A stretch of DNA of 64,000 bases from Pseudomonas aeruginosa PAO1 (GCF_000006765.1 NC_002516.2), one strand, 5' to 3'; shown: positions 50,509 to 59,877, counted from the stretch's first letter. The notes: generated by a model from the letters alone, not told the origin. Translations and numbers: made by a program.

Positions 50509-50700
50509 GGCGCGACCAGCGATGGCTCCGAACTGAGCCATGGGCTAACGCGGCGCTATCTCACAACCGCCAATGGGGGAAGTGAGGAAAATCCCACCTT
50601 GCCTGACCAATCGCCAGGGGATCGAACTTACCGGGAGCGACGCAGACCACCCGGTTGCCCTGCTGGAACTGACGACAGACATTTGAGCTGGCCGGCATAA

Positions 50701-50740
50701 AAAAGCCCCGCCTGAGCGATTCAGGACGGGGCTTTCCTTT
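50701..50740. terminator. Bidirectional terminator-like hairpin downstream of the tRNA
   Basis: AAAAGCCCCGCCTGA-GCGAT-TCAGGACGGGGCTTTCCTTT. Confidence 0.7.
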
Positions 50741-50815
50741 AGGCTTACTGCACCCACCATGCACCCATGAGAGGTGGCTTGTGGCTAATGACTTTTGGTA
50801 AGTGCTTGATTTGTA

Positions 50816-50892
50816 TGGCGCATCCGGCGGGATTCGAACCCACGACCCCTGCCTTCGGAGGGCAGTACTCTATCCAGCTGAGCTACGGATGC
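50816..50892 (-). tRNA. tRNA-Arg, anticodon CCG
   Basis: 77 nt GCATCCGTAGCTCAGCTGGATAGAGTACTGCCCTCCGAAGGCAGGGGTCGTGGGTTCGAATCCCGCCGGATGCGCCA; D loop, CT-CCG-AA loop, TTCGAAT, CCA end. Confidence 0.97.
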
Positions 50893-51521
50893 AGCGCCGC
50901 GGCTCGCGCGGCAGGCCGCAATCATACGCATCTCGTCGGCGGGAGTCCATTCCATGTGCGTACGTTCGTGATTTCGAACGAAAATGACCGTCCGTCGAGG
51001 ATGTGCTCAGAAAAGCAGCAGAATTTTCCGACTTTCGTTGATTTTATCGAACGGGGTATTGCCCTTTGTCAGTGGTGGCCCTAGGATTCGTTTGAGATTT
51101 CAAACGCCCCCAAAGCCACAACAACAGGAGACCGGGGAATTGGCATCAGTTCAGCCGGCCGCGTGCCCCTGGAATGACCTCTTTCTGACCTGCCCGTCGC
51201 TCGTCCGGCCTTTCGCGTTGCCGGGCCGCCGTGGTGCCGGCGTGGCGTTTCGTCCGCAATCCCTTTCCCGCACGAGTCTTTCGTATCCTCCCCGACGCCT
51301 GTCGGCGGTCGCGTTCGTCCGCGTCCGCCCGTTGCGCACGGTGGCCGGCCGGTAACGGCGACGCCGCTGGCACAGGGCGCAGGAAATGGAACACCGGGGC
51401 GCTGGCCCTTTCGAATAACCAGCAGGCAACACTTTCCGGTTACAACCGAACCAGACAACCAGGCACGCGGGGTAGTCGAGGTAGACCCGCTGCTCACGGC
51501 ATTCCTCGAAGGAGACAGGTC

Positions 51522-52973
51522 ATGCAACTCAAAGATGCCAAGCTGTTCCGTCAACAAGCCTACGTCGATGGCGCCTGGGTGGATGCCGACAACGGCCAGA
51601 CCATCAAGGTGAACAACCCGGCCACCGGCGAGATCATCGGCAGCGTGCCGAAGATGGGCGCCGCCGAGACCCGCCGCGCCATCGAGGCTGCCGACAAGGC
51701 CCTGCCGGCCTGGCGTGCGCTGACCGCCAAGGAGCGCGCCAACAAGCTGCGCCGCTGGTTCGACCTGATGATCGAGAACCAGGACGACCTGGCCCGCCTG
51801 ATGACCATCGAGCAGGGCAAGCCGCTGGCCGAGGCCAAGGGCGAGATCGCCTACGCCGCCTCCTTCCTCGAATGGTTCGGCGAAGAAGCCAAGCGCATCT
51901 ACGGCGACACCATTCCCGGCCACCAGCCGGACAAGCGCATCATCGTGATCAAGCAGCCGATCGGCGTGACCGCGGCCATCACGCCGTGGAACTTCCCCTC
52001 GGCGATGATCACCCGCAAGGCCGGCCCGGCCCTGGCCGCCGGCTGCACCATGGTGCTCAAGCCTGCTTCGCAGACCCCGTATTCCGCCCTGGCCCTGGCC
52101 GAACTGGCAGAGCGCGCCGGCATTCCGAAGGGCGTGTTCAGCGTGGTCACCGGTAGCGCCGGCGAAGTCGGCGGCGAGCTGACCAGCAACCCGATCGTGC
52201 GCAAGCTGACCTTCACCGGTTCCACCGAAATCGGCCGCCAACTGATGGCCGAGTGCGCCCAGGACATCAAGAAGGTGTCCCTGGAGCTGGGCGGCAACGC
52301 GCCGTTCATCGTGTTCGACGACGCCGACCTGGACGCCGCCGTCGAGGGCGCGCTGATTTCCAAGTACCGCAATAACGGCCAGACCTGCGTCTGCGCCAAC
52401 CGCCTGTACGTGCAGGACGGCGTGTACGACGCCTTCGTCGACAAGCTGAAGGCCGCCGTGGCCAAGCTGAACATCGGCAACGGCCTGGAAGCCGGCGTGA
52501 CCACCGGTCCGCTGATCGACGCCAAGGCCGTGGCCAAGGTCGAGGAACACATCGCCGACGCGGTCTCCAAGGGCGCCAAGGTGGTTTCCGGCGGCAAGCC
52601 GCACGCCCTCGGCGGCACCTTCTTCGAGCCGACCATCCTGGTCGACGTGCCGAAGAACGCCCTGGTGTCCAAGGACGAGACCTTCGGCCCGCTGGCGCCG
52701 GTGTTCCGCTTCAAGGACGAGGCCGAGGTCATCGCCATGTCCAACGACACCGAGTTCGGCCTGGCGTCCTACTTCTACGCCCGCGACCTGGCCCGCGTGT
52801 TCCGCGTCGCCGAGCAACTGGAGTACGGCATGGTCGGCATCAACACCGGCCTGATCTCCAACGAAGTGGCGCCGTTCGGCGGCATCAAGGCCTCGGGCCT
52901 GGGCCGCGAAGGTTCCAAGTACGGGATCGAGGACTACCTCGAGATCAAGTACCTCTGCCTGGGCGGTATCTGA
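51522..52973 (+). CDS. davD: Glutarate/succinate-semialdehyde dehydrogenase (DavD/GabD)
   Basis: GAAGGAG RBS; PWNFP, FTGSTEIG, LELGGNA, GQTCVC, ETFGP; 483 aa. Confidence 0.93.
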   Translation: MQLKDAKLFRQQAYVDGAWVDADNGQTIKVNNPATGEIIGSVPKMGAAETRRAIEAADKALPAWRALTAKERANKLRRWFDLMIENQDDLARLMTIEQGKPLAEAKGEIAYAASFLEWFGEEAKRIYGDTIPGHQPDKRIIVIKQPIGVTAAITPWNFPSAMITRKAGPALAAGCTMVLKPASQTPYSALALAELAERAGIPKGVFSVVTGSAGEVGGELTSNPIVRKLTFTGSTEIGRQLMAECAQDIKKVSLELGGNAPFIVFDDADLDAAVEGALISKYRNNGQTCVCANRLYVQDGVYDAFVDKLKAAVAKLNIGNGLEAGVTTGPLIDAKAVAKVEEHIADAVSKGAKVVSGGKPHALGGTFFEPTILVDVPKNALVSKDETFGPLAPVFRFKDEAEVIAMSNDTEFGLASYFYARDLARVFRVAEQLEYGMVGINTGLISNEVAPFGGIKASGLGREGSKYGIEDYLEIKYLCLGGI

Positions 52974-53217
52974 GCCCGGCGAGGAACGCATCCGGAGGGG
53001 CCGGACGGCAGGCAAGAGCTGCGCCGTCCGGTGTCGACGTTGCCGGTGGTGGCACCGGACGAACCGGGAGACGCGGTCGCCGATCGCGAAGCGGCTCCGA
53101 GCCCTGGCGGGCCTGCAAGTCCCGAGGCAGTCGATCATCGCATGCTGCCTTGGGGAGCTTCCTTCCCGCCTTCATCCTTTGACCCGGCCGACCCGATGAG
53201 CGGCCACTGAGGAAGCC

Positions 53218-54498
53218 ATGAGCAAGACCAACGAATCCCTGCTGAAGCGTCGCCAGGCCGCGGTACCCCGCGGCGTGGGCCAGATCCACCCGGTCGTCGC
53301 CGAGCGCGCCGAGAACTCCACCGTCTGGGACGTGGAAGGCCGCGAGTACATCGACTTCGCCGGCGGCATCGCCGTGCTGAACACCGGCCACCTGCATCCG
53401 AAGGTGATCGCCGCGGTCCAAGAGCAACTGGGCAAGCTGTCCCACACCTGCTTCCAGGTGCTGGCCTACGAACCCTACATCGAGCTGGCCGAGGAAATCG
53501 CCAAGCGCGTGCCGGGCGACTTCCCGAAGAAGACCCTGCTGGTCACCTCCGGCTCCGAAGCCGTGGAGAACGCCGTCAAGATCGCCCGCGCCGCCACCGG
53601 CCGCGCTGGCGTGATCGCCTTCACCGGCGCGTACCACGGCCGCACCATGATGACCCTGGGCCTGACCGGCAAGGTGGTCCCGTACTCCGCCGGCATGGGC
53701 CTGATGCCGGGCGGCATCTTCCGCGCCCTGGCGCCCTGCGAGCTGCACGGCGTGAGCGAGGACGACTCCATCGCCAGCATCGAGCGCATCTTCAAGAACG
53801 ATGCCCAGCCCCAGGACATCGCCGCGATCATCATCGAGCCGGTGCAGGGCGAGGGTGGCTTCTACGTCAACTCCAAGTCCTTCATGCAGCGCCTGCGCGC
53901 CCTGTGCGACCAGCACGGCATCCTGCTGATCGCCGACGAAGTGCAGACCGGCGCCGGCCGTACCGGCACCTTCTTCGCTACCGAGCAACTGGGCATCGTT
54001 CCTGACCTGACCACCTTCGCCAAGTCGGTCGGCGGCGGCTTCCCGATCTCCGGCGTGGCCGGCAAGGCCGAGATCATGGACGCCATCGCGCCCGGCGGCC
54101 TGGGCGGCACCTATGCCGGCAGCCCGATCGCCTGCGCCGCGGCACTGGCCGTGCTGAAGGTGTTCGAGGAAGAGAAGCTGTTGGAACGTTCGCAAGCCGT
54201 CGGCGAGCGCCTCAAGGCCGGCCTGCGCGAGATCCAGGCCAAGCACAAGGTGATCGGCGACGTTCGTGGCCTGGGTTCGATGGTGGCCATCGAGCTGTTC
54301 GAGGGCGGCGATACCCACAAGCCGGCCGCCGAGCTGGTCAGCAAGATCGTCGTCCGTGCGCGCGAGAAGGGCCTGATCCTGCTCTCCTGCGGCACCTACT
54401 ACAACGTCATCCGCTTCCTCATGCCCGTCACCATCCCCGACGCGCAACTGGAGAAGGGCCTGGCCATCCTGGCCGAGTGCTTCGACGAACTCGCTTAA
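53218..54498 (+). CDS. davT: 5-aminovalerate/4-aminobutyrate aminotransferase (DavT/GabT)
   Basis: DFAGGIAVLN, SGSEAVENAVK, DEVQTG, FAKSV; 426 aa. Confidence 0.93.
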   Translation: MSKTNESLLKRRQAAVPRGVGQIHPVVAERAENSTVWDVEGREYIDFAGGIAVLNTGHLHPKVIAAVQEQLGKLSHTCFQVLAYEPYIELAEEIAKRVPGDFPKKTLLVTSGSEAVENAVKIARAATGRAGVIAFTGAYHGRTMMTLGLTGKVVPYSAGMGLMPGGIFRALAPCELHGVSEDDSIASIERIFKNDAQPQDIAAIIIEPVQGEGGFYVNSKSFMQRLRALCDQHGILLIADEVQTGAGRTGTFFATEQLGIVPDLTTFAKSVGGGFPISGVAGKAEIMDAIAPGGLGGTYAGSPIACAAALAVLKVFEEEKLLERSQAVGERLKAGLREIQAKHKVIGDVRGLGSMVAIELFEGGDTHKPAAELVSKIVVRAREKGLILLSCGTYYNVIRFLMPVTIPDAQLEKGLAILAECFDELA

Positions 54499-54524
54499 GC
54501 TTCACCGGCAAAGCGATACCCCCG

Positions 54525-54555
54525 AGGCCCGCGCGTCCGCGCGGGCCTTTCTTTC
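54525..54555 (+). terminator. Rho-independent terminator of davDT
   Basis: AGGCCCGCGC-GTCC-GCGCGGGCCT followed by TTCTTT. Confidence 0.8.
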
Positions 54556-54823
54556 AGAGGCTTCACGGAAACGGAAGCCTCTTTTTTCTGCCAGGGTTTT
54601 CCGCGAAACGCCCGACGAACGGTTTTCGCCTGTTACCCTTGGGCGCCTGGCGCATACGAATCCTCCCGCATTCCTCCGGTCGTTCCGTTCGTGGCGATTA
54701 GGACAGGTCCTAGAGGCGCACCGTGTTCGTCCGTCATACCCTTGTGTGCCCGCGGGCCGTGTCGTGCCCGCCTGTCATGCCTGGTGCGTCCCGCTCGGTT
54801 CGCCAGGTTCGAAGAGGAACGCC

Positions 54824-56023
54824 ATGAGTGCCGCGAAAAAGGCCCCCGTCATCCTGATTGCCGACCCGGACCCCTGGAGTCGCGACTTGCTTGGCCAACT
54901 GGTCCTCGGCGTGCGTTGCGATGCCCGGCTGGTCCTCTGCGGCGATGGCGGAGAAGCGCTGGCGCATTGCCGACGCCGGCGCTTCGCGTTGATCCTGGCC
55001 GAGCTGAACCTGCCGCAGGTGGATGGCTTCGAGCTGCTGCGCGAAGCGCGCCTGCGCCGCTCGGTCGCCGAGCAGCCGTTCATCCTGATCAGCGACCGCG
55101 CCGACCAGGCCAGCGTGCGCGCCGCCGTGGCACTGGCGCCGACCGCCTACCTGGTGAAGCCGTTCCAGGCCGAGAACCTGATGCAACGCCTGCGAGGGTT
55201 GTTGCTGAAGGGCGACGAAGTGGTCGCCTGTCCGCTGCCGGAGCGGGACGCGGGCGAGAACCTGGAGGCTTTCCTCGAACGCGCGCGCGACTCCGCGGAG
55301 GGGGCGCCGTTGCTGGCCGACGTGCGTGCCGCCAGCGATCGTTGCCTGAGCGCCGAGGAGCATCCGCTGCGCGTGCTGGAGGCTGAGTTCGGCCGCGATC
55401 CGCAGATCACCGCTGGCCTGATCGCCGCCGCCAACAGCGCCGCCCGGCACGTCGGTCCGGCCTGCCAGACCCTGGGCCAGGCCCTGCGGCGGCTGGGACT
55501 CGGGCACAGCCTGAACCTGGTGCTCGGTTTCAGTCTGCAGCGGGCCATCCAGCTCGGCGAGCCGCTGCTGGCCGAGCGCGCCATGCACTTCTGGGATCTT
55601 TCGCAACGTTGCGCGGACATCGCCTGGGAACTGGCCGACGCCCTCGGCGCGGACGTCGAGCGCTGCTATACCGCAGGGCTGCTGCATCGCCTGGGCGACC
55701 TGGCGCTGCTGCGGACATTGCAGGATTGGTGCGATGGCGGCGGCGCGCTGGACGAGGCGCGCCTCGACGAGCTGCTGGGGCGTTTCGGCGCCAGCTTCGG
55801 CTCGGCCCTGCGGGCGCGTTGGCGGCTGCCGCTGGAGCTGCGCCGGCTGATCGCTGCGGCGTACCAGTTCGGTGGCGTGCTTTCCCGCGAAGAGCTGATC
55901 CTCAGCCTGGCGACCCAGGCCGCCAGCCTGCCCGAGGACGACGCGGAGCAACTGGCCGAGAGCAAGGCTGCCCGCATGCTCGGGCTGGACGGCGAACGAC
56001 TGGCGAAACTGCTGCAGCCCTGA
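54824..56023 (+). CDS. Receiver-domain + HDOD protein (PA0267-like)
   Basis: LIADPD...ILAELNLP...YLVKPF receiver; DPQITAGLIAAANS, YTAGLLHRLG HDOD. Confidence 0.85.
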   Translation: MSAAKKAPVILIADPDPWSRDLLGQLVLGVRCDARLVLCGDGGEALAHCRRRRFALILAELNLPQVDGFELLREARLRRSVAEQPFILISDRADQASVRAAVALAPTAYLVKPFQAENLMQRLRGLLLKGDEVVACPLPERDAGENLEAFLERARDSAEGAPLLADVRAASDRCLSAEEHPLRVLEAEFGRDPQITAGLIAAANSAARHVGPACQTLGQALRRLGLGHSLNLVLGFSLQRAIQLGEPLLAERAMHFWDLSQRCADIAWELADALGADVERCYTAGLLHRLGDLALLRTLQDWCDGGGALDEARLDELLGRFGASFGSALRARWRLPLELRRLIAAAYQFGGVLSREELILSLATQAASLPEDDAEQLAESKAARMLGLDGERLAKLLQP

Positions 56024-56048
56024 GCCGTCCTCGCCGGGCCTTTGTCCC

Positions 56049-56146
56049 ATAGGGCGGATAACGCGGCGCGTCATGCGCCGCTGGGCATGGGCGCGGTTGC
56101 AATCGAGCCTCTTGCCGGGGAGATCGGCTCCTACGCACGCCGCCGA
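56049..56146. repeat. Degenerate REP doublet
   Basis: ATAGGGCGGATAACGC...ATGCGCC and ...GGCTCCTAC between convergent genes. Confidence 0.45.
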
Positions 56147-56176
56147 GTTGCCGGCCGTGGATGGGCGGGAGCGAGC

Positions 56177-57598
56177 CTAGCGCCGCAGCTCGGCGCGCAA
56201 CAGGTCCAGCGCCGGGTCGATGTCGTCCCGTTCGATGCAGCCGAAGCCGAAGAGGAAGCCGGCCTGTGCCGGGGTTTCCGCGTAGAAGGGCGGCAGGGTG
56301 CCGACCTCCAGGCCTTGCTGGCGCAAATGACGGGCGATGCGCAGCACATCCAGCGGTTCGCGACAGCGCGCCGCGAGGTGGATCCCGGCCACCGCCGGCA
56401 GCGCTTCGAGCCAGGGGCTCAGGTCGCCGTGCAGGCGTTCCAGCAGGCGTCCGCGACGCTGGGCGTATTCGCGTTGCAGGCGGCGCGTATGGCGGGCGAA
56501 GTCGCCGCGCTGGATGAACAGCGCGAGGGCGCGTTGCTGCAAGGTCTCGCTGTGCCGGTCGACCAGCTTGCGCGCCGCCAGCACCGCTTCGCGCAGGCTT
56601 GCCGGCGGCAGCAGGTAGCCGAGGCGCAGCTCGGGGAAGAGGGTCTTGGAAAAGGTCCCGAGGTAGGCCACCTGGCCGTTCCGGTCGAGGCTGCGCAGCG
56701 ACTCCAGCGAACGCCCATCGAAGCGGTACTCGCTGTCGTAGTCGTCCTCGATGATCAGCGCCCGGTGGCGCTGCGCCCAGTCCAGCAACTGCAGGCGCCG
56801 CTCCAGGCTCATCGGCATGCCCAGCGGGAACTGGTGCGACGGGGTGACGTAGACCAGCTTGGCGTTGTCCGGCAGCAGGTCGACGCGCAGCCCCTCGGCG
56901 TCCACCGGCACTCCGCGCACCTCGGCGCCGGTGGCCAGCAGGCTGGCGCGGGCCGGCGGATAACCGGGTTCCTCGACCACCGCCAGGTCGCCGGGGTCGA
57001 GCATCACCCGGGCCAGCAGGTCGAGTCCCTGCTGGGCGCCCTGGGTGACCATCAGGGCGTTCCAGTCGCACTGCACGGCGCGGTTGATCGCCAGGTAGCG
57101 GGAGATCGCCAGGCGCAGCTCGGGGTCGCCTTCGGTTTCCTTGTAGAACGCCGGCGAGCGCTGTTGCAGGCGTAGCGCCTGGAGCACGCAGGTACGCCAG
57201 GTATCGAAGGGAAAGCGGCGCTTGTCGGTCGTGCCGCCGGCGAAGCTGTAGCGGAGCGGTGCTCGCTGGTCCATCAGACCGGACTGCGGTTCGATGCGTG
57301 CCCAGCGCGCGGCCGGCCGCAACGGACCGTCGGCGCGCTGCGGCGGCGCTTCCCCGGCGGGCCCGCGGGCGACGAAGGTGCCGCTGCCGACCCGGCCTTC
57401 GAGGAAGCCCTCGCTGGCGAGGCGCTCGTAGGCTTCGCTGACGGTCTTGCGCGACACTTCCAGGCGTTCGGCGAGGTAGCGCGTGGCTGGCAGGCGATCG
57501 CCGGTGGCCAGGCGACCATGGAGGATCGCGTCGCGCAGCTGGCGATAGAGCTGGCCGACCAGGTCGTGGCGGCCGTCGAGGATCAGTTGCAGTTCCAT
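56177..57598 (-). CDS. MocR/GabR-family regulator (GntR HTH + PLP aminotransferase fold) (PA0268-like)
   Basis: RLPATRYLA..LEVSRKTV, IIEDDYDSEY, GTFSK (PLP Lys). Confidence 0.92.
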   Translation of the reverse strand: MELQLILDGRHDLVGQLYRQLRDAILHGRLATGDRLPATRYLAERLEVSRKTVSEAYERLASEGFLEGRVGSGTFVARGPAGEAPPQRADGPLRPAARWARIEPQSGLMDQRAPLRYSFAGGTTDKRRFPFDTWRTCVLQALRLQQRSPAFYKETEGDPELRLAISRYLAINRAVQCDWNALMVTQGAQQGLDLLARVMLDPGDLAVVEEPGYPPARASLLATGAEVRGVPVDAEGLRVDLLPDNAKLVYVTPSHQFPLGMPMSLERRLQLLDWAQRHRALIIEDDYDSEYRFDGRSLESLRSLDRNGQVAYLGTFSKTLFPELRLGYLLPPASLREAVLAARKLVDRHSETLQQRALALFIQRGDFARHTRRLQREYAQRRGRLLERLHGDLSPWLEALPAVAGIHLAARCREPLDVLRIARHLRQQGLEVGTLPPFYAETPAQAGFLFGFGCIERDDIDPALDLLRAELRR

Positions 57599-57603
57599 GG
57601 CGA

Positions 57604-57650
57604 AATTGGCTACCTGGTATTTCTGGTAATTGGCTCTTCGTGGAAGCCAA
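57604..57650. promoter_or_regulatory. Candidate MocR operator (direct + inverted TTGGCT repeats)
   Basis: AATTGGCT at 57604 and 57628, inverted AGCCAA at 57645, CTGGTA twice between. Confidence 0.5.
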
Positions 57651-57724
57651 AGGCAGGCTTAGTGTTACCCCATGCCGCGCCGCTTTCCACTCTCGCGGCT
57701 GCCAATCAGCCAAGGAGATTCGCC

Positions 57725-58162
57725 ATGACCACCCGCCTCGAATGGGCCAAAGCCTCCCCCGACGCCTATGCCGCCATGCTCGGCCTGGAAAAGGCCCTGG
57801 CCAAGGCCGGCCTGGAGCGCCCGTTGATCGAACTGGTCTACCTGCGCACTTCGCAGATCAACGGTTGCGCCTACTGCGTGAACATGCATGCCAACGACGC
57901 GCGCAAGGCCGGCGAGACCGAGCAGCGTCTGCAAGCGCTCTGCGTCTGGCAGGAAACCCCCTACTTCACCCCACGCGAGCGCGCTGCCCTGGCCTGGACC
58001 GAGCAACTCGCCCGCCTCAGCCAGGGGGCGTTGCCGCACGGCCTGCTCGACGAACTGCGCGAGCACTTCGACGACAAGGAGATCGCCGAACTGACCCTGG
58101 CGGTCTCGGCCATCAACGCCTGGAACCGCTTCGGCGTCGGCATGGGCATGCAACCGGAATGA
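57725..58162 (+). CDS. AhpD/CMD-family protein (PA0269-like)
   Basis: AGGAG RBS; SQINGCAYCVNMH CxxC, FTPRERAAL, INAWNR. Confidence 0.9.
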   Translation: MTTRLEWAKASPDAYAAMLGLEKALAKAGLERPLIELVYLRTSQINGCAYCVNMHANDARKAGETEQRLQALCVWQETPYFTPRERAALAWTEQLARLSQGALPHGLLDELREHFDDKEIAELTLAVSAINAWNRFGVGMGMQPE

Positions 58163-58173
58163 GGTGGACGGCG

Positions 58174-58581
58174 ATGAAGGCCAATCGATCGATCGCCTGC
58201 CTGCTGCTCGCCGCGCTGCCGACGCTGGCCAGCGCCCATGTTGCGGAGAAGGTGGAAACCCTGCACGACCAGGCCCTGGCCGAGATTCCCGGCCATCGTG
58301 GGTTGATGCTGACGGTGTCGTTCAAGCCCGGCCAGGTCTCCGCGCCCCATGTGCATCCCGGCTCGGTGTTCGTCTACGTGCTCGAAGGCACCGTGCAGAC
58401 GCAACTGGAAGGCGGCTCGGTGGAGACCTACACGGTGGGCCAGAGCTGGTACGAGCCGGCGAACGTGCCGCACCTGCTGGCACGCAATCCCGATCCGATG
58501 AAGCCGGCCAAGTTGCTGGTCTGGGAGTTGCTCAAGGAGGGCGACCCGATCCTCAAGCCACTGGAACGCGGCGCCCACTGA
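58174..58581 (+). CDS. Secreted/periplasmic cupin (PA0270-like)
   Basis: Signal peptide ending ASA; PHVHPG..FVYVLEG...EPANVPH. Confidence 0.82.
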   Translation: MKANRSIACLLLAALPTLASAHVAEKVETLHDQALAEIPGHRGLMLTVSFKPGQVSAPHVHPGSVFVYVLEGTVQTQLEGGSVETYTVGQSWYEPANVPHLLARNPDPMKPAKLLVWELLKEGDPILKPLERGAH

Positions 58582-58614
58582 GGCGTTGCTCGTTCGCCCG
58601 GAGGAGCGTCCGTC

Positions 58615-58899
58615 ATGAGCGCCAGCCAGGTAATCCGTATTCGCGCGCGCAATGGTCAGTCGGAACGGCTTGGCCTGCGCCTGCAACAACTGGTCGAACC
58701 GGGGCTGGAGGCGCCGGGTTGCCTGGAGTACCAGGTGCGCAGGGACGCCCTCGAGCCGGATCTCTGGCTGGTGTGCAGCCAGTGGCGGGAAGCGCAGCAG
58801 ATGTTCGACTACCTGGCCGGCGGCATCCAGCAGGTATTCGCCGAAGTGCTCTGGCGCTCCCTGGCGGCGAGCCTCGAAGTGCAGGATGACGCAGGCTAG
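58615..58899 (+). CDS. ABM (antibiotic biosynthesis monooxygenase)-like protein (PA0271-like)
   Basis: GGAG RBS; EAPGCLEYQV ferredoxin-like ABM motif. Confidence 0.7.
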   Translation: MSASQVIRIRARNGQSERLGLRLQQLVEPGLEAPGCLEYQVRRDALEPDLWLVCSQWREAQQMFDYLAGGIQQVFAEVLWRSLAASLEVQDDAG

Positions 58900-59828
58900 A
58901 GCAAACCCAGCTCGGCGCAGACGATCAGTACCTGCTCGCGCAGCCAGAGGTTCGCCGGGTCCTGCTCGGCGGCGCGGCTCCATGACAGGTGCAGGGCGAA
59001 CGGCGGCAGCCCGGGCGGTGCGAGGCAGGCGTGATGGCGGCCATCGTCGAGCAGTGCATGGATACGCCGTGGCAGCATCAGCACGAAGTCGCTGCCCGAC
59101 AGCAGTTGCAGGGCGGCGACGTAGCTGTTGGCGCGCGCGGCGACCTCGCGGCTGCGGCCCTGGCGTCGCAGCCACGTGTCCACCAGGTTGGCGTTGCTGG
59201 CGTCGAGCGGGGTCGGGAAGACGAAGCGGCGCCTGCAGAACTCGTCCAGTTCCAGGCGCTCGTGGCGCGGCTGGGCACGATCCTGTACGCAGAGCAGCTC
59301 GTCGCTGAACAGGGCGAGCGCCTGTAGCTCCGGTGCCGGTCGGTGGTACTCGGGACCGAAGTCGAAGACCAGGTCGACCTGGCCGTCGAGCAATGCTTCG
59401 GTGGGCAGTTCGGGACCCAGGCGGCGGATGTCCAGGCCGATCCTCGGGCCGTTGGCGGCGAGCCGTCGCAGGAGTGCCGGAAGGATCAGCAGCTCGACGT
59501 ATTCCGGCGCGCAGAGGGTAAAGGTCCGCGGCTCGCCACGCGGGTCGAAGCTGCCCTGGGCGGCGTGACAGGCGTTGATGCGGGCGAGCATTTCCTCCAC
59601 GTGGGGCAGCATGGCGCGACTCTTGTGGGTCGGCTGCATGCCGCCGCGGGTGGCGATGAACAGCTCGTCGTCGAAGGCCTGGCGCAGCTTCTTCAGGCAG
59701 TAGCTGACCGTCGACGGACTGAGGTTCAGGTGTTCGGCGACCTCGACGAGGTTCTGTCGTTGGTGGACCTGGAGGAAGACCAGCAGGTCCTGCATGTCGA
59801 CCTTGCGCAGGCCGTTGGCGATCAGCAT
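58896..59828 (-). CDS. LysR-family regulator (PA0272-like)
   Basis: AEHLNLSPSTVSYCLKKLRQAFDDELF, GMQPT; NodD/LeuO-like. Confidence 0.9.
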   Translation of the reverse strand: MLIANGLRKVDMQDLLVFLQVHQRQNLVEVAEHLNLSPSTVSYCLKKLRQAFDDELFIATRGGMQPTHKSRAMLPHVEEMLARINACHAAQGSFDPRGEPRTFTLCAPEYVELLILPALLRRLAANGPRIGLDIRRLGPELPTEALLDGQVDLVFDFGPEYHRPAPELQALALFSDELLCVQDRAQPRHERLELDEFCRRRFVFPTPLDASNANLVDTWLRRQGRSREVAARANSYVAALQLLSGSDFVLMLPRRIHALLDDGRHHACLAPPGLPPFALHLSWSRAAEQDPANLWLREQVLIVCAELGLL

Positions 59829-59877
59829 CGGGGCGTCCTGACGGCGTCGGGAGCGCCATCAGAACCCGTCCCTTTCC

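Noticed and set aside
51141-51155. GG-N10-GC sigma54-like site upstream of davD
   Set aside because: Poor -12 element (CAGC) and no supporting IHF or UAS features seen.
51146-51394. Small ORF in the davD leader (PA0264-like)
   Set aside because: Arg/Ala-rich low-complexity translation with no motif; the region reads better as the davDT promoter/leader. Not excluded without Ribo-seq.
52987-52997. CGCATCCGG match to the tRNA 3' end as an attR
   Set aside because: Only 9 bp and on the wrong side of the tRNA for the island.
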